Source of the DNA: Chrysomallon squamiferum
Taxonomy: Eukaryota; Animalia; Mollusca
Length of the DNA stretch: 64,000 bases
NCBI GenBank assembly: GCA_012295275.1
Contig: CM022679.1
Coordinates: 22,010,001-22,074,000 of the forward strand
Direction: 5' to 3'
The position numbers and the translations under genes are program-made. This document shows, in pieces, positions 12,178 through 25,056 of the stretch; positions within the stretch are counted from its first letter, which is position 1, and each line of letters opens with the position of its first letter. The notes below the pieces were generated by a model. That model had not been told where the DNA came from. It was given only the letters and a program-made list of their open reading frames with translations, and ran no database searches.

Positions 12178-12797
12178 AATTGATAATGAATACCTCTTGT
12201 GTTTCTTTTCTGTTGTTACAGATAATTAATGTTTTTTTTTTTTTTTTTTTTTTTTATTTATTTTTTTTTTTAATGAAATAAAATGTCAAAATTTTCAGGA
12301 ACAAAATATTTTATTTTTAAAATTTTCTCATCTCTCTCTCTGTATAATGTAATTTTATGTTTAAATAACAATTACTGCAATACTAATAAAATAAAAAGAA
12401 ATTTATTAAAACTGGAACAAACAAAAACAAAAAAAAAAAATATATATATATATATATATATTATACTTATATGAATATATACAAATTAAGAAATCAATTT
12501 TTTAAAAAGAAAAGAAATTTAAATAATTTTGGAATGTTTCCCATAAACCATTATTTCATAATATATAGCACAGCAAGACAAAAACATGATGAATTAAAAT
12601 GAAGCAATATTGAACATGCGAATAATTGATGAATTTTAAAATAAATGATAAAAACTGACCAGTGACTTCCTGAAAACGATTTTTGCAGTGGCAGTAAGAT
12701 TTTTTTATATAACAACATGCGATACTGATCAGTAAATACACACGATTCTGTTTAAAAATAATAATAATAATAATAATAACAAAAAAGAAGAGTTAAG

Positions 12798-13319
12798 TCA
12801 GACACCGCTTCCTGGAAACAGCATCACCATGACTGTAATGTTGTCGTGAGACCCTGCTAACAATGACGCCTGAACCAAATGTTCGGCCATCGATTTGGCT
12901 AACTCTCTTTGAACTTCTTCTCGTGTTTCCAGTCTACATTCCGAAAAATCAGAGTGCGCGGGGATGGATATGTGTTCGCCATCGTCACTTAATCGAGACG
13001 TATCTTGAGCATTATCATCGTCGTTGCCTGCTCGACTTCCTACTTCCGTTTTCAAATCGGCCTCGATTGTCAACATTTCTTGAGAATGTGAAGAATTAAC
13101 GTCTTCTTTTTGTGAGGCGTCTTCTTTTATCGATTCCGATTTGATGTCACTGCGTTCACTGGGTCTGTTTTCTGATTGGCTGCTGCCAGCCAATGACACG
13201 TCAGAACTAAAGAGCGATTCATTCCTCTTTCCCGCGACGCTTTCTTCTCGAACTTCGAATAAAGGTTTGAGTGTTTCAGACATTTTGTCCGGAGGTGGAA
13301 TCTGATGACTAGGAAGTAA
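12798..13319 (-). CDS. PP2D1: PP2D1-like last coding exon
   Basis: actttcag|; acidic linker then AEHLVQASLLAGSHDNITVMV (PP2C motif 11), TGA ending at 12798. Confidence 0.9.
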   Translation of the reverse strand, partial: LLPSHQIPPPDKMSETLKPLFEVREESVAGKRNESLFSSDVSLAGSSQSENRPSERSDIKSESIKEDASQKEDVNSSHSQEMLTIEADLKTEVGSRAGNDDDNAQDTSRLSDDGEHISIPAHSDFSECRLETREEVQRELAKSMAEHLVQASLLAGSHDNITVMVMLFPGSGV

Positions 13320-16020
13320 CTGAAAGTTGTAATAATAATAATAATAATAAGACAACAGCAATAGCATTAATTTAGTATAAATAAATAAATAATAAATAAT
13401 AAAAATATATTTATGACTACCAATTTTCCAGTTAAGTTAGTGTTGAAATAATTACGTCGTATTATGAATTTAAATAAATAAATAAACAAAACCACATAAA
13501 ATACACATTTGGTGTCTGCTTTCATTACATCTTTCACTATTCCTCAGAAGGTCTCTTTCCAACTTGAGACACCAAAATTAACCATAATTTAGAAAAATAA
13601 TATGTTAAAAAAACAACATTGTAATTATTATACTAAATGTTCAGTTCAAAAATCCAGAATATTCGTCACTGAACAAAAAAAAAAAAAAAAAAAAAAAAAT
13701 CAGGAAAGAAAGAAAGAAAAGAAAAGAAAAGAAAAAAGAAAATTCTGGCAACCAAAATGTATAATAATTTACAATATACTTGTTTATTATATTAAGATAA
13801 TCATTAAAGTACGTAATTAGAAGTAAGACCATGCCTGTCCAAGTACTTTATAAACATATAATAATAATAATAACGACCACAAACAATACAAACAGTAACA
13901 GTTCATTTTCGTAAAGGAACGAAGTAATAGTAAAATATGTGTGGTGGCTCAGTCTGACTTGTTAATGTGTTATGATGAAATTTCTCTTTTGATGCGATGT
14001 TAAAAATCTTTCATTTTTCCTTTTATTTAAATATAAATAAAATAAAATAAAATAAAATAAATAATAATAATAAGATATTCTTCATGTCATCTAATATTGT
14101 ATTTAAAAAGTAATTGTCCATATTATTTTACTGTAACAACAGGCAGTACTATAGAAATATATATGTAAGCATTTATAGAATGGCATGTAAAAGTGTTATT
14201 ATTTTAAAAAAAATGTTTGGTTTATGCATGCATGAATACAGATTCATATTGTTTTTCTCTTACTAACATATCACTGATGAATATTAAGATTTGATATAAT
14301 ATACATACAAGCTTATCAATTAACATAAACAAAATTATTGGTCATCTTAAATAAACTTCAACAATATAATTCTGATGATATCATCATAAATAAAACGAGC
14401 ACAAATTATTGTAAACTTAATAATTTGTTTTATGAAACATCTCCACAATAAAACAAAATAAACGTGATAACAGCAAAAAGACAAACAGACATGCAGACAA
14501 ATTGACTAAAAGCAGCTTGTAAGCTTTATTTTAAATTTAGCTGAATATCAGAAAATTGTATCTGTAAAATAAGAATATGATGGAATAAAATAAAATATGT
14601 AAAGAAATAAAGATAAAAATGTTTCACTTACTTTCAAAAAAAATTAAAGTAATGATGATGATAATAATAATAATAATAAAATTTACCATATGGTAAAATA
14701 AAATAAATAAATATATAAAAATAAAATAAAGAGAAAACATTTTCACTTATTTTTAAACAAAAGAAAATGAAAGTAAGTTCATTTGATAGTTATAATGATA
14801 ATGATAAAATTTAACATATATATGATGAAATAAAATAAATAAATATATAAATAAATAAACAGAAACAAATAATAATTTTTAAGCATGGTTAAACGAATAT
14901 TTAAAATAATGTATATTAAAATAAAATAAACAAGTGAACGAACAAAAATGACGAGAAGTATAAAAATAATTAAACAATAAATCAATGTAAATAAATTACT
15001 AAATAAACAAAGCAGATACCTTATATTCTATTCTATAGAAAGAAAATCTCTATTAGTAAATTTTTGCTAACAAAACTAACAACTATACAAACTAGATATC
15101 GGAAATACTGAAAATGTGTTTATAATACATACAGAAGTAAAATTGCTAATTTATGCATAGCTGCTTATAAATCAGTATAAATTCTAATCAAAATAAACTA
15201 TTTTGTAGTTATTAATTTAAAAATTTAAGATAAATTAAAAGGTATTAAAAGATTATTTGTATTTTATCACTGATTTAAATAAACGTGAAACAGCCATTAA
15301 ACATTTGAATATGATTTGTAAAAACAAGTTTAGATTATATTTATTTCTTCTAATTTTTTTCTTTCATATTTACAGTTAAAAATATAACAAAAAATAAACA
15401 AAGCAAAAACAAATTCTTAATGTAAAACAATTTTTTAAAATCATCTTAGATTTCATTTTCTATCTCACATATGATTTCCAGTTTAATATAAAAAAAAAAT
15501 TAAAAAAAATAAAAAAAAAAAAAAAAAAAATAAAAAAATATCAGCAGATAGGAAATAGAAATAGATACAAAACTTATGGAATGAAAGTTAAATAGATAAA
15601 TAAATAAATATAAACAGATAGATATACAGAAGATATATAGATATATAAACATACTGAAGATATATAAATAGACTGAAGACAGATATTTAAATAGATTGAA
15701 GATAGAAAGATATATAAATAGATTGAAGATAGAAAGATATATAAATAGACTGAAGATAGAGACATAAAGAAATGAATGAAAACTATAATAATGTTTCAAA
15801 GATGCCCTTCAATCTATATTATTAAATCAAATGCGTAATGAGTAATATATAATTAGCAAATTATAATTTTAAACTAATAATATTAATGTATGTATAGTAG
15901 AATACATATGTATACATTGACATAGAAATGGACTGTGTATACATGCATGTGTTATCATTTCTATCTCCATGTAAAATGGGTGACTGATAGATTGATAAAC
16001 ATCTTTGAAAAAAAAAAAAA

Positions 16021-16071
<51 letters not shown>

Positions 16072-17581
16072 GATATGGTATATAGAAAAATGAATAAACT
16101 ATGAAATTTTAACTTTAAAAAGATTTCAATATGGATACTAACAATCCAAGCTATGTAAATCTTCTACGAGAAAAAAACAACAAAAAGAAAAGAAATACAG
16201 CTACACAATATTCATAAAGTTACCTGTTTCTTCTTGTGAAAATGCTTTATAAAAAAAAAATAATTAGTATGTGACAATAATTTTCACATCATTAATAAAA
16301 AAATATAATTTCTTCTAACAATGTTGATGATTCTAAATATAATTTTCTTAATGTTTTTGATATTTTGTCTCATGTTATTTTTATTATATATTTTCTCAAC
16401 CTGTTTTAAATTCATTTTTTTTAATTTTTTAATTTAGACAGTTTATTAACTAGTTTGTTGCTAAGAGCATAATCCCCTTCTGACTGTGTTTTATTGTAGA
16501 TAAAGAAACAGCAAACAAGTTTATGTATATATTTATATAATTACAGTTGTTGAAAGTGATGTATCAAAATTATAAAAAAAATTATATTTACTAACTTTCA
16601 GCATTAAACTCCTGATAATTTCATAAAACAAACAGATGACATGACATTTTAAAAATACATTTAAAACAAAATAAATTTTCCAAAGGAAATTAAAGACAAA
16701 TTTTCAATATATCTAATATCTGTTACTTTAATTCAACCTCTTGTTACCTGTATTCAATAAATGATTTTATAATTGTGTGAAATAGCACATACTAAAAGTC
16801 ACTTAATAAAAATGAAAATTTTCTTGCAAGACAATATGGCAGTAATATCAAATATCTTCTGATAGAAAATTTATTAAATTGTTTAATAATTATGTTAAAT
16901 AAAACAAAATATTTTTAAAAAAATTAATAAAGATATCAAATTTTTTCTTAAAATATTTCTTCAAACCTTTTTATTTATTTTTATTTAAGATCTTTTTCTA
17001 CTGAAAAAATTATCATTATTGATTTTTACTGTTTTTGTACACCACATGATAATGACAAACAACAAAACAATTTTTTGCCTATGAATTTTAAATAGTTAAG
17101 AATAAATATTCCTCAAAATATTAATTTGTTAAACAGATTGTTGTTACTTTTATGTCATTATTTTAAATGTCAGATTTTTTACAAAAAAAAAAAGAAATAA
17201 AAGATACAAACATGTTTATAACTTGTAATATTTAACTTATATATAATATGTAATTAGCAAATTATACTATTAAACTAATAATTAATCATAATTAACTAAT
17301 AACTGTTAAAATTTAAATAACAATTTATAATCTTTAATAATGATATTAATAATAATATATACATAACCATTCATAATATTAAGCTCATAATAACATATAT
17401 AACAACATAAACACTGAATTACAACAACAACAACAATGTAAAAAAAAATATATACATTTAATTAACAAATTTATAACATTTAATTAACAGTTTACAATCC
17501 TTAATTAAAAATTTAGACATAATATAACATTTAAATAATTTAAAAATAAAAAAAAAAAAACAGGATTTTTATTTTCTTTAC

Positions 17582-17805
17582 CTTCAAAAGAAGAGAAGTC
17601 GCTTCCTGCACTGAAAACACTTGCCAGACTCCATGACTGGCGAGAACAAGAAACTGAGCATACTGGTCTATGGGTACGCACAGGGTGTGCGGCTCCACAC
17701 ACACACACTTCTTCAGACCCACATCACCATGGTTACCGAGACCACGGGTTGTTGACAAGATACCATTCACTTGACACTCCCTGGCACTTTCACTTATCCT
17801 CCCTC
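17582..17805 (-). CDS. PP2D1: PP2D1-like exon 4
   Basis: cacacag| ... |gtaaag; VNGILSTTRGLGNHG...FLVLASHGVW (PP2C motifs 6-8). Confidence 0.9.
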
Positions 17806-18013
17806 CTGTGTGAAATAAATAAATAAATAAATAAATAAATAAATAGTTAAATAAGTAAATAAAGTTAAATATATAACTGTATATATAAAGTTAAATAAAT
17901 AAATAAGTAAATAAATAAAGTTAAATAACCAAATAAATAACTAAATAAATAAATTTAAATAAATAAATAAATAAAGAAAAAAGAAAAAGAATTAAAAAAA
18001 AAATTTAAAATTA

Positions 18014-18150
18014 ATATTAAATAATTAGTTAATAACAAATAAATAAATAAATAAATAAAGTGATATTAAATAATTAGTTAATAATAAATAAATAAATAAA
18101 TAAATAAAGTGATATTAAATAATTAGTTAATAACAAATAAATAAACAAAA
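18014..18150. repeat. 49-bp AT-rich tandem repeat, about 3 copies
   Basis: atattaaataattagttaataa... starts at 18014, 18063 and 18112. Confidence 0.85.
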
Positions 18151-18167
18151 AATTCTGTGAGAATAAC

Positions 18168-18351
18168 AAATTCTCAAAATATCACGTGATCTACACCATT
18201 ATTTAAAAATATATTTAGGAAACTTTGTACAGTGTGGTTGTTATCACAGAGTCTCATACCAAATTCTCAAAATATCACGTGATCTACACCATTATTTAAA
18301 AATATATTTAGGAAACTTTGTACAGTGTGGTTGTTATCACAGTCTCATACC
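18168..18351. repeat. About 92-bp tandem duplication that includes a splice donor
   Basis: aaattctcaaaatatcacgtg...gtctcatacc at 18168-18260 and 18261-18351, differing by a 2-nt indel. Confidence 0.95.
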
Positions 18352-18452
18352 AGCCTGGATGATTCTTTTCTTTTCCTTCTGGTTGCTAGGGGTGTGGTCT
18401 TTCGTCAGCTGGTAACCATGATTGCCACGTACCAAAACTGCATGGACATTAC
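18351..18452 (-). CDS. PP2D1: PP2D1-like exon 3
   Basis: ttgacag| ... |gtatga; GNVHAVLVRGNHGYQLTKDHTPSNQKEKKRIIQAG (PP2C LTxDH motif). Confidence 0.9.
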
Positions 18453-18463
18453 CTGTCAAAACA

Positions 18464-18499
<36 letters not shown>

Positions 18500-18703
18500 C
18501 ATAGCAGTGTGTGTGTGTGTGTGTATGTTAGTATATATACATTTTTAAACATTAATAATTGTTAAAGAGAGAACTAACGATTATTTTAAAAAATAAGAAT
18601 AATTAAAGTATTAAAATATGTTAACTGAAAAATTTGCACAAATTTTAATTGCATAATTATAATATTAAAATATTAAAATATATATATATATATTAATTCT
18701 TAC

Positions 18704-19745
18704 CAGCATTTGCTATGTGTATCAAGCCGAGCTGAACTAGATCATCAACAGAGTTGTTTCCCTTATCAAAGGAAATTGTAGAATAATCTCCCTTAAACGT
18801 GTTGTGAATTAAAAGGGTCAAGGCCGAGCACCCGCTCCAGCGAACCTTTGAACACTCGTCCTTTCCATAAGATAACAGAATATCTAGAAATTCGTAAACC
18901 TTTTTAAACGCTTCGGCAATCTTCGGCTGCAGGGGATGTTTTGGTTCGTGACCTTTCTTCCGTTTTTTTCTCGCGATCAGGTAACGATTTATCTTCACTC
19001 TTGTTCAGCTTTGCGTATTTATCTTCGCAGAGATCGATTATCTGTTGAATGATGTTAATTTTCTCCTGCTGAATCGAGCCCGTGTCCCTTTTGTCAGGAT
19101 AGTTGAATTCGTAACCGGAGATTTCCGTCGCTTCCGACAGAATCTGCGTCGACTTCGTTTCCGAATCGAATTTGGCCAGCTCGTTCAGCAGCAGGTAGTG
19201 TAACGTGTCCGCGGCAACCTCCGCGGCGAATCGACCGTGGTGTCCGTCAAACAGTGCAGCGTAGCACTTGTTCTCGTCTTCGCCGAAACAGTCCTGATAC
19301 ACGCGGGTGTCTTCCATCGAACCTTTCCAGCGTTCGTTTGAACTCGAGCAGATGCCAACGGCGTCCACGCATTTGGGGCTGCAGGACAGAGCCAGTCCCT
19401 GCACCTTGGTGTCGACGGCGTCGCGTACCGCGCGGAATTCCTCGAACGTGTCCTCCATGTTGGCCTTAATTAGCTCGAAGGCGTCGTTGATCACCTGCAC
19501 CTGTCTCGGTTCGAGCGGCTTCGTCGACTGCTTCACCATCTGCCTGACGACGAAGTTGCGACGTTTCAGAAGCGCTCCCGTGCTGCTGGGGAAGTTGTCT
19601 CCCTTGTACTTGAGCAGGCGCAAGGCGTTGTGGTAGGCGCGGTGGTCCTGCAGAGCGACGAGGTCGACGTAGATGCCACACTGCTCGCATCGGATTGTGA
19701 TGTCTGGACGGTTTGTGAACTCTGTCATTAGAGTCTCAGGTGTGT
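18704..19745 (-). CDS. PP2D1: PP2D1-like exon 2 (Zn finger, PP2C motifs 1-5), with an apparent 1-nt frameshift at 18963-18969
   Basis: tttcag|; SMEDT and LFDGHHG in ORF 18904..19728; the domain continues in another frame (AFKKVY...SGCSAL...IHIANAG); donor g|gtaaga. Confidence 0.85.
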
Positions 19746-19837
19746 CTGAAACAGTAATTCATCATCATCATCATCATCATTCATCATCATTCATCATTAT
19801 TTTAAATAATAGTAATAAAAATAACAACAACAGCAGC

Positions 19838-19903
<66 letters not shown>

Positions 19904-19927
19904 CATAATAATAATAATAATAAATAC

Positions 19928-20114
19928 CTGATCTGACTAAACCCTGCACTTTGAAGAATTCTGTCTGGTACTGTGTCTCAAGACTTGGTGGTTCTGTCAG
20001 TGCATCGTCCCCTTCTTCCACCGCAGACGTGGGTGTCAACGACAACGTTCCCAGCCCTGTTGACAACGACGTATCAGGTACCGGAGAGCCGCGACGATTG
20101 TGGTGATGATCCAT
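19928..20114 (-). CDS. PP2D1: PP2C-like domain protein (PP2D1-like), coding exon 1
   Basis: ATG at 20114, just after acceptor ttctattttag; MDHHHNRRGSP...VRS; donor cag|gtattt; phase 1 joins the next exon in frame. Confidence 0.7.
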
Positions 20115-20164
20115 GACTAAACTAAAATAGAACAATGTGAATGAGTGACTAAACTAACATTTAA

Positions 20165-20209
<45 letters not shown>

Positions 20210-20694
20210 TATAATAATAACAGTTATAATAATAACAGTTATAATAATCATTTATATTTAAAAAAAGAAAATTATCTCAACCTACGAAATATCAAAATAA
20301 TAATAATAATAATACATAATACATAAATAAATAAATAAAAAGAAAAATGATAAAATAAATAAATATATGAAAATATATGACACTGTTACATAATACAAAA
20401 CAGACAAAATATGTATTGGTGAAAATATATATTTGCTAATAAATATTTACAGTTCATGATTTAAAGGATACCGATGACATGTAAGTAACATTTTTAGCTC
20501 GGGGTTGCCTTGACTTGGAGCCGATAAATTTAGGTACGAAATATCTGCCCTTCATTGTAAATTTACACTCAAACAAAAACAGCTTGATTTTATTTGTAAA
20601 TAGTTAGTAGATGTTGGTAATGAATTACTCAAATGTAATAACATCATTTCAAACTGTATATTTAATTATTTAGACAGTTAATCGATAATGTTCA

Positions 20695-21040
20695 ACTTAC
20701 TATATTCCTCGTAGCTAAGGAAAGGTAAACAAAATACTACTCCGATTTCCTCCCCCTGCGAAACAACTGGTTCTTTAATCTTTTCCGCCTGCATAATGAT
20801 TAACATACAACGAAACAGTACGATGATTTTCTGTGATGAGGTAAATTTTCATTTAAAATAAAATAAATTTTGTTTAAAACAGGTTTATGGTTGGTAAACT
20901 TGTGGCAGTAAACAATATGATGTAGGGCAGTGTTGACCACGCCTTCTTTTCAAGATTATTAACAGTATTTTCATAAGATATGCACTGAAAATGCCTCGCT
21001 CTCCGGCAACTGCACACATACACATAGTTACCGAGAAAAC
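20695..21040 (-). promoter_or_regulatory. Putative PP2D1-like non-coding first exon and promoter
   Basis: Minus-strand donor GTAAGT at 20700-20695; forkhead GTAAACA at 20725 and 20908; imperfect X-box GTTACCGAGAAAAC at 21027-21040. Confidence 0.35.
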
Positions 21041-21591
21041 TTTCTCCAAACTAGTGCACAGTAGAAAAGAAAAATGTTAGCATAATCCTTCATTATTTTA
21101 TTTAAGAAAAATTACTTATTATATGTATTTACTTGAAGTGAATTAATTACAGTATATTTTTACGCTACATTCGATTTGTGTATATTTTCACAATAAATAA
21201 ATAAATAAATAAATAAATATTACCATTAACGGAAAGAAATATTGATTATACAAACATTGTCATACAGATTTTTGAACAAGACAATTCAGTTATTCAATAT
21301 CGAATATGTTGCAATTTGTATATATAAAACAATGTCCTAAAATATGTTTATATTCCAGAAAACGAATCTTTATTTTTCATTTATTTTATGAATCTAATTT
21401 TAAACAATCAAATTATTATTTCAAAGATTAACATGTACTAATATATAATGATTTCAAAAAATTAATTTTATTTTTGAATTGTATTTTTGAATTTTATTTC
21501 TAATTTACAATTAATTCTATCTATACTGATAGGTCATCTACCCCTAATATCATTTAATTAAATTTATTTATGGATATTTGATTGCTAATTA

Positions 21592-21653
<62 letters not shown>

Positions 21654-22382
21654 ATTATTATTATTATTATTATTATTATATAGTCTTAAAGAAACAATAA
21701 AGTATGTACTTAAAAACCCCCATTATTTTCAAAGAAATTAATTTATCATAATTATAGTTTACAACAACAACATCAGCAACTGTAAAACAGAATGGCATTG
21801 ATCGAAATATTACAAATATTTTCATGGTCTATATTCATAAACGACTAGAATGAAGAAAAAAAAATCAATTCACTTATTTAAAAGACCATAAAAGACTGAG
21901 TACATTGCTATTATCATTCACGCCACAGCGACAACGTTTGTATCTGAATCGATTTAGCTTTATGTGTGTATTCGTGCGTGTGTGTGTGTGAGGAGACACA
22001 AAAAATATTTTGAGTAAAAACTAAAAACATATTTTATATATTATTATTATTATTATTAATATGTGTGTGTGAGCGTTCGCGCGCATAAACACACATAACA
22101 TTCTTTATGAAATGTAATTGACAATCTTTTCTTTGAATTTTAAAATTTTTATTTTATATCAACTATCTATGTATATATAAATTTTGATTTTAAAATTAAT
22201 TCTAGCGGTGCTTTACACTGTAGACTAATATATTATAACAAAGCCTTTTTTTTATAGGACAAAAAAAAAAAAATTATATTTAGAGCAAAAACTAAAACAT
22301 CTACTACTGCTACTACTACTACTATTACTACTACTACTACTACTACTACTAATAATAATAATAATAAAAAAAATAATAATAA

Positions 22383-22413
<31 letters not shown>

Positions 22414-22442
22414 AAGAAGAAGAAGAAGAAGAAGAAGAAGAA

Positions 22443-22479
<37 letters not shown>

Positions 22480-23024
22480 ACAAACAAACAAACAAACAAA
22501 CAAACAAACAAAATAAAATACTACTAATAAAATACTACTTATAAAATACAAAATATTCATTTATAAATGATTAATTCTTCTTCAATGTTTGCCTCAGACT
22601 GTCACAAATGCATAAATCTTTGAACAACTCGTCCATTTTTCACTACTTCACGAAATCGATTATACAACATTACGAGAAAAAAATAAAAATAAAAACAACC
22701 CCAAAACCTGAATATTATTTGAAATATTATTCCGTTTTCATTTCCATAGGCAGTATTAATTTCACAGGATTGTTCTTCTTCCTCATAAACCTTGCGCAAA
22801 TCCAAGAAGATTTACCGAGATACTGTTTCCAGATTTTTAAATTAAAATCTGAATCCTGGGCATCGGAAAAATGTAATAAAAATATCTTTAGCGTTGTTTT
22901 ATTGCTTTTGTTATTAAATTTACAAGTGTTATTTTTATTCAATAATAGTTATTGTGGTAGTTGTTGCTATTATTGCTGTTTCATTGATACCATATAGTAG
23001 CAACGATAATAATAATAATACAAT

Positions 23025-23063
<39 letters not shown>

Positions 23064-23450
23064 AATAATAATAATAATAATTGTTTCTGTTGTTGTTATT
23101 TTATCACTATTATTACCATCATTGTTATTGTTACTGTTGATACTACTACTACTACCATTACTACCACCACCACCACTACTACTACTATCTCTGTAGTCAA
23201 TAAACAATAAAAAAAAAAAAACTATTAGAACTCTACTACTATTACTAATACTAAAACTACTATCACTACCACTAGTACAATTACTGTTATTATTCTATTA
23301 TTCAATTTTTATTTTTAAATTTTTTTTATTTTATTACTTTATTACTATTTTTTTTTTTTTTTTTTCCTATTTTGTTGTGTTTGAGTAATATAATCGCGGA
23401 AAGAAATAATTTTTACCACTGCAGTCGCCTATTCCGCAAAATTCAAGAAG

Positions 23451-23481
<31 letters not shown>

Positions 23482-23744
23482 TGAAGGAAAATGAACGAGT
23501 TGATTTACGTGAAGTGATTTTGTTCTCAGGTGTTACCGTATCACGTTCACCTGTTATTTTAAGCCGGTAATTTGCATTCATTAATTTTTCAAAAGAAAAC
23601 GTTTTTGCAGCAGATGCGTCTTAATTCATCGACTGGTAATAATGACGCACCTGTCAACAAAGCGATGTTGCGAAACAGCAAACAAAACCAGTATACTGCT
23701 TCCAATATTTAGCCTGAGTGATCGCTTATTTTAAAGGTAACATA

Positions 23745-23775
<31 letters not shown>

Positions 23776-24296
23776 AGATAGAAATACATAGTTATATCTA
23801 TTTTATACTTTTCTGTTCTCTTTTGTTTTCTGTATGTATATGCATGAAAGGTCTAAAAAGATATAGAAGTTACGAATGCTAAAGACTTTGGTTTATCCAA
23901 GTTTCCTACCATATGGACTCAAGGAGACTTCATTCAGCCTGAAGCAATTTTGTAGAAATTTGAAAGAAGTTTATTAAAACAGGATATTTTCGGATACAGA
24001 ACTTGAAGCCACCACTCGGAAGTACTCGACATTTTCCGCTCCTAATCCGAAATATCCTCGGGCGCCTCCGGTTGTTGAGAATGTGCCAGATGTTAGAATT
24101 TCTTATCAAGCGATTAATTATTCTTATCTAATAATTAATGCGTGATTTCCGATATTCATGCAATTAATCACATATCAAATGAAATTTTATTTAAAAACTA
24201 ATGAAAGAAAACATCAATTTATAAAATAATAATTAAAGAATTAATCTAATATTGTTAATAGAAGACAAATTATAATTAAATGTAAATATAAATGTA

Positions 24297-24383
<87 letters not shown>

Positions 24384-24984
24384 AAAAGCGTAACAGACAA
24401 AAATAATTCTGTTTGCTCGAAACGTCTTTCTTATCTTTCGTTAACTGAACAAAATGGCGATTGCCTAGACATTTCCCACCTGTGTTAGAAAACATCTGGT
24501 AAACAATTTTAGTTTTATCTCTGAAATGTTTTAGTTAATCTGAAATGTTGTACAAACACGTCTATCATAACTGAAGGGAAAAATATCAAAATTCCATTAG
24601 CCCTGTCTGAAGCTTCGTGTATCGTTGGGATCAGTTCTCGTTAACATTGCCATTTAGATTATTGTTCAGTTCCAACTTTTGCTCCAAAGTTCCTGTAACA
24701 AATGTGACGTGTGTATATATATTTATATCTGTCTCTTTCCTTTTCGTTCTCTCTTTCTTACCTTTTCTTTGTGTGTCTATTTACACAATGGTTAATAATA
24801 TAAAGGTATTCTTTGAGGTGTTGTTAAAAATAACAAACATTCGGTTTTTCTTTGTTTTTCTTTGTTTCTTTCTTTTTATTTATTTATAATTATACGTATA
24901 CGAGTTTTCAATAGATATTTGTATGATTTTATTTACGAGTAACAGTAATATCTTATTTATTTATTGTTATTTTCTAATGCTTTT

Positions 24985-25056
<72 letters not shown>

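Noticed and set aside
23860-23955. Reading frame containing the kinase-like DFGLSK
   Set aside because: Flanked by stops, with no HRD or APE motifs and no splice sites; chance match
24298-24381. (AAT)n-(ATT)n palindromic junction (also near 21592-21678)
   Set aside because: Common microsatellite inversion in this genome; no specific evidence of function
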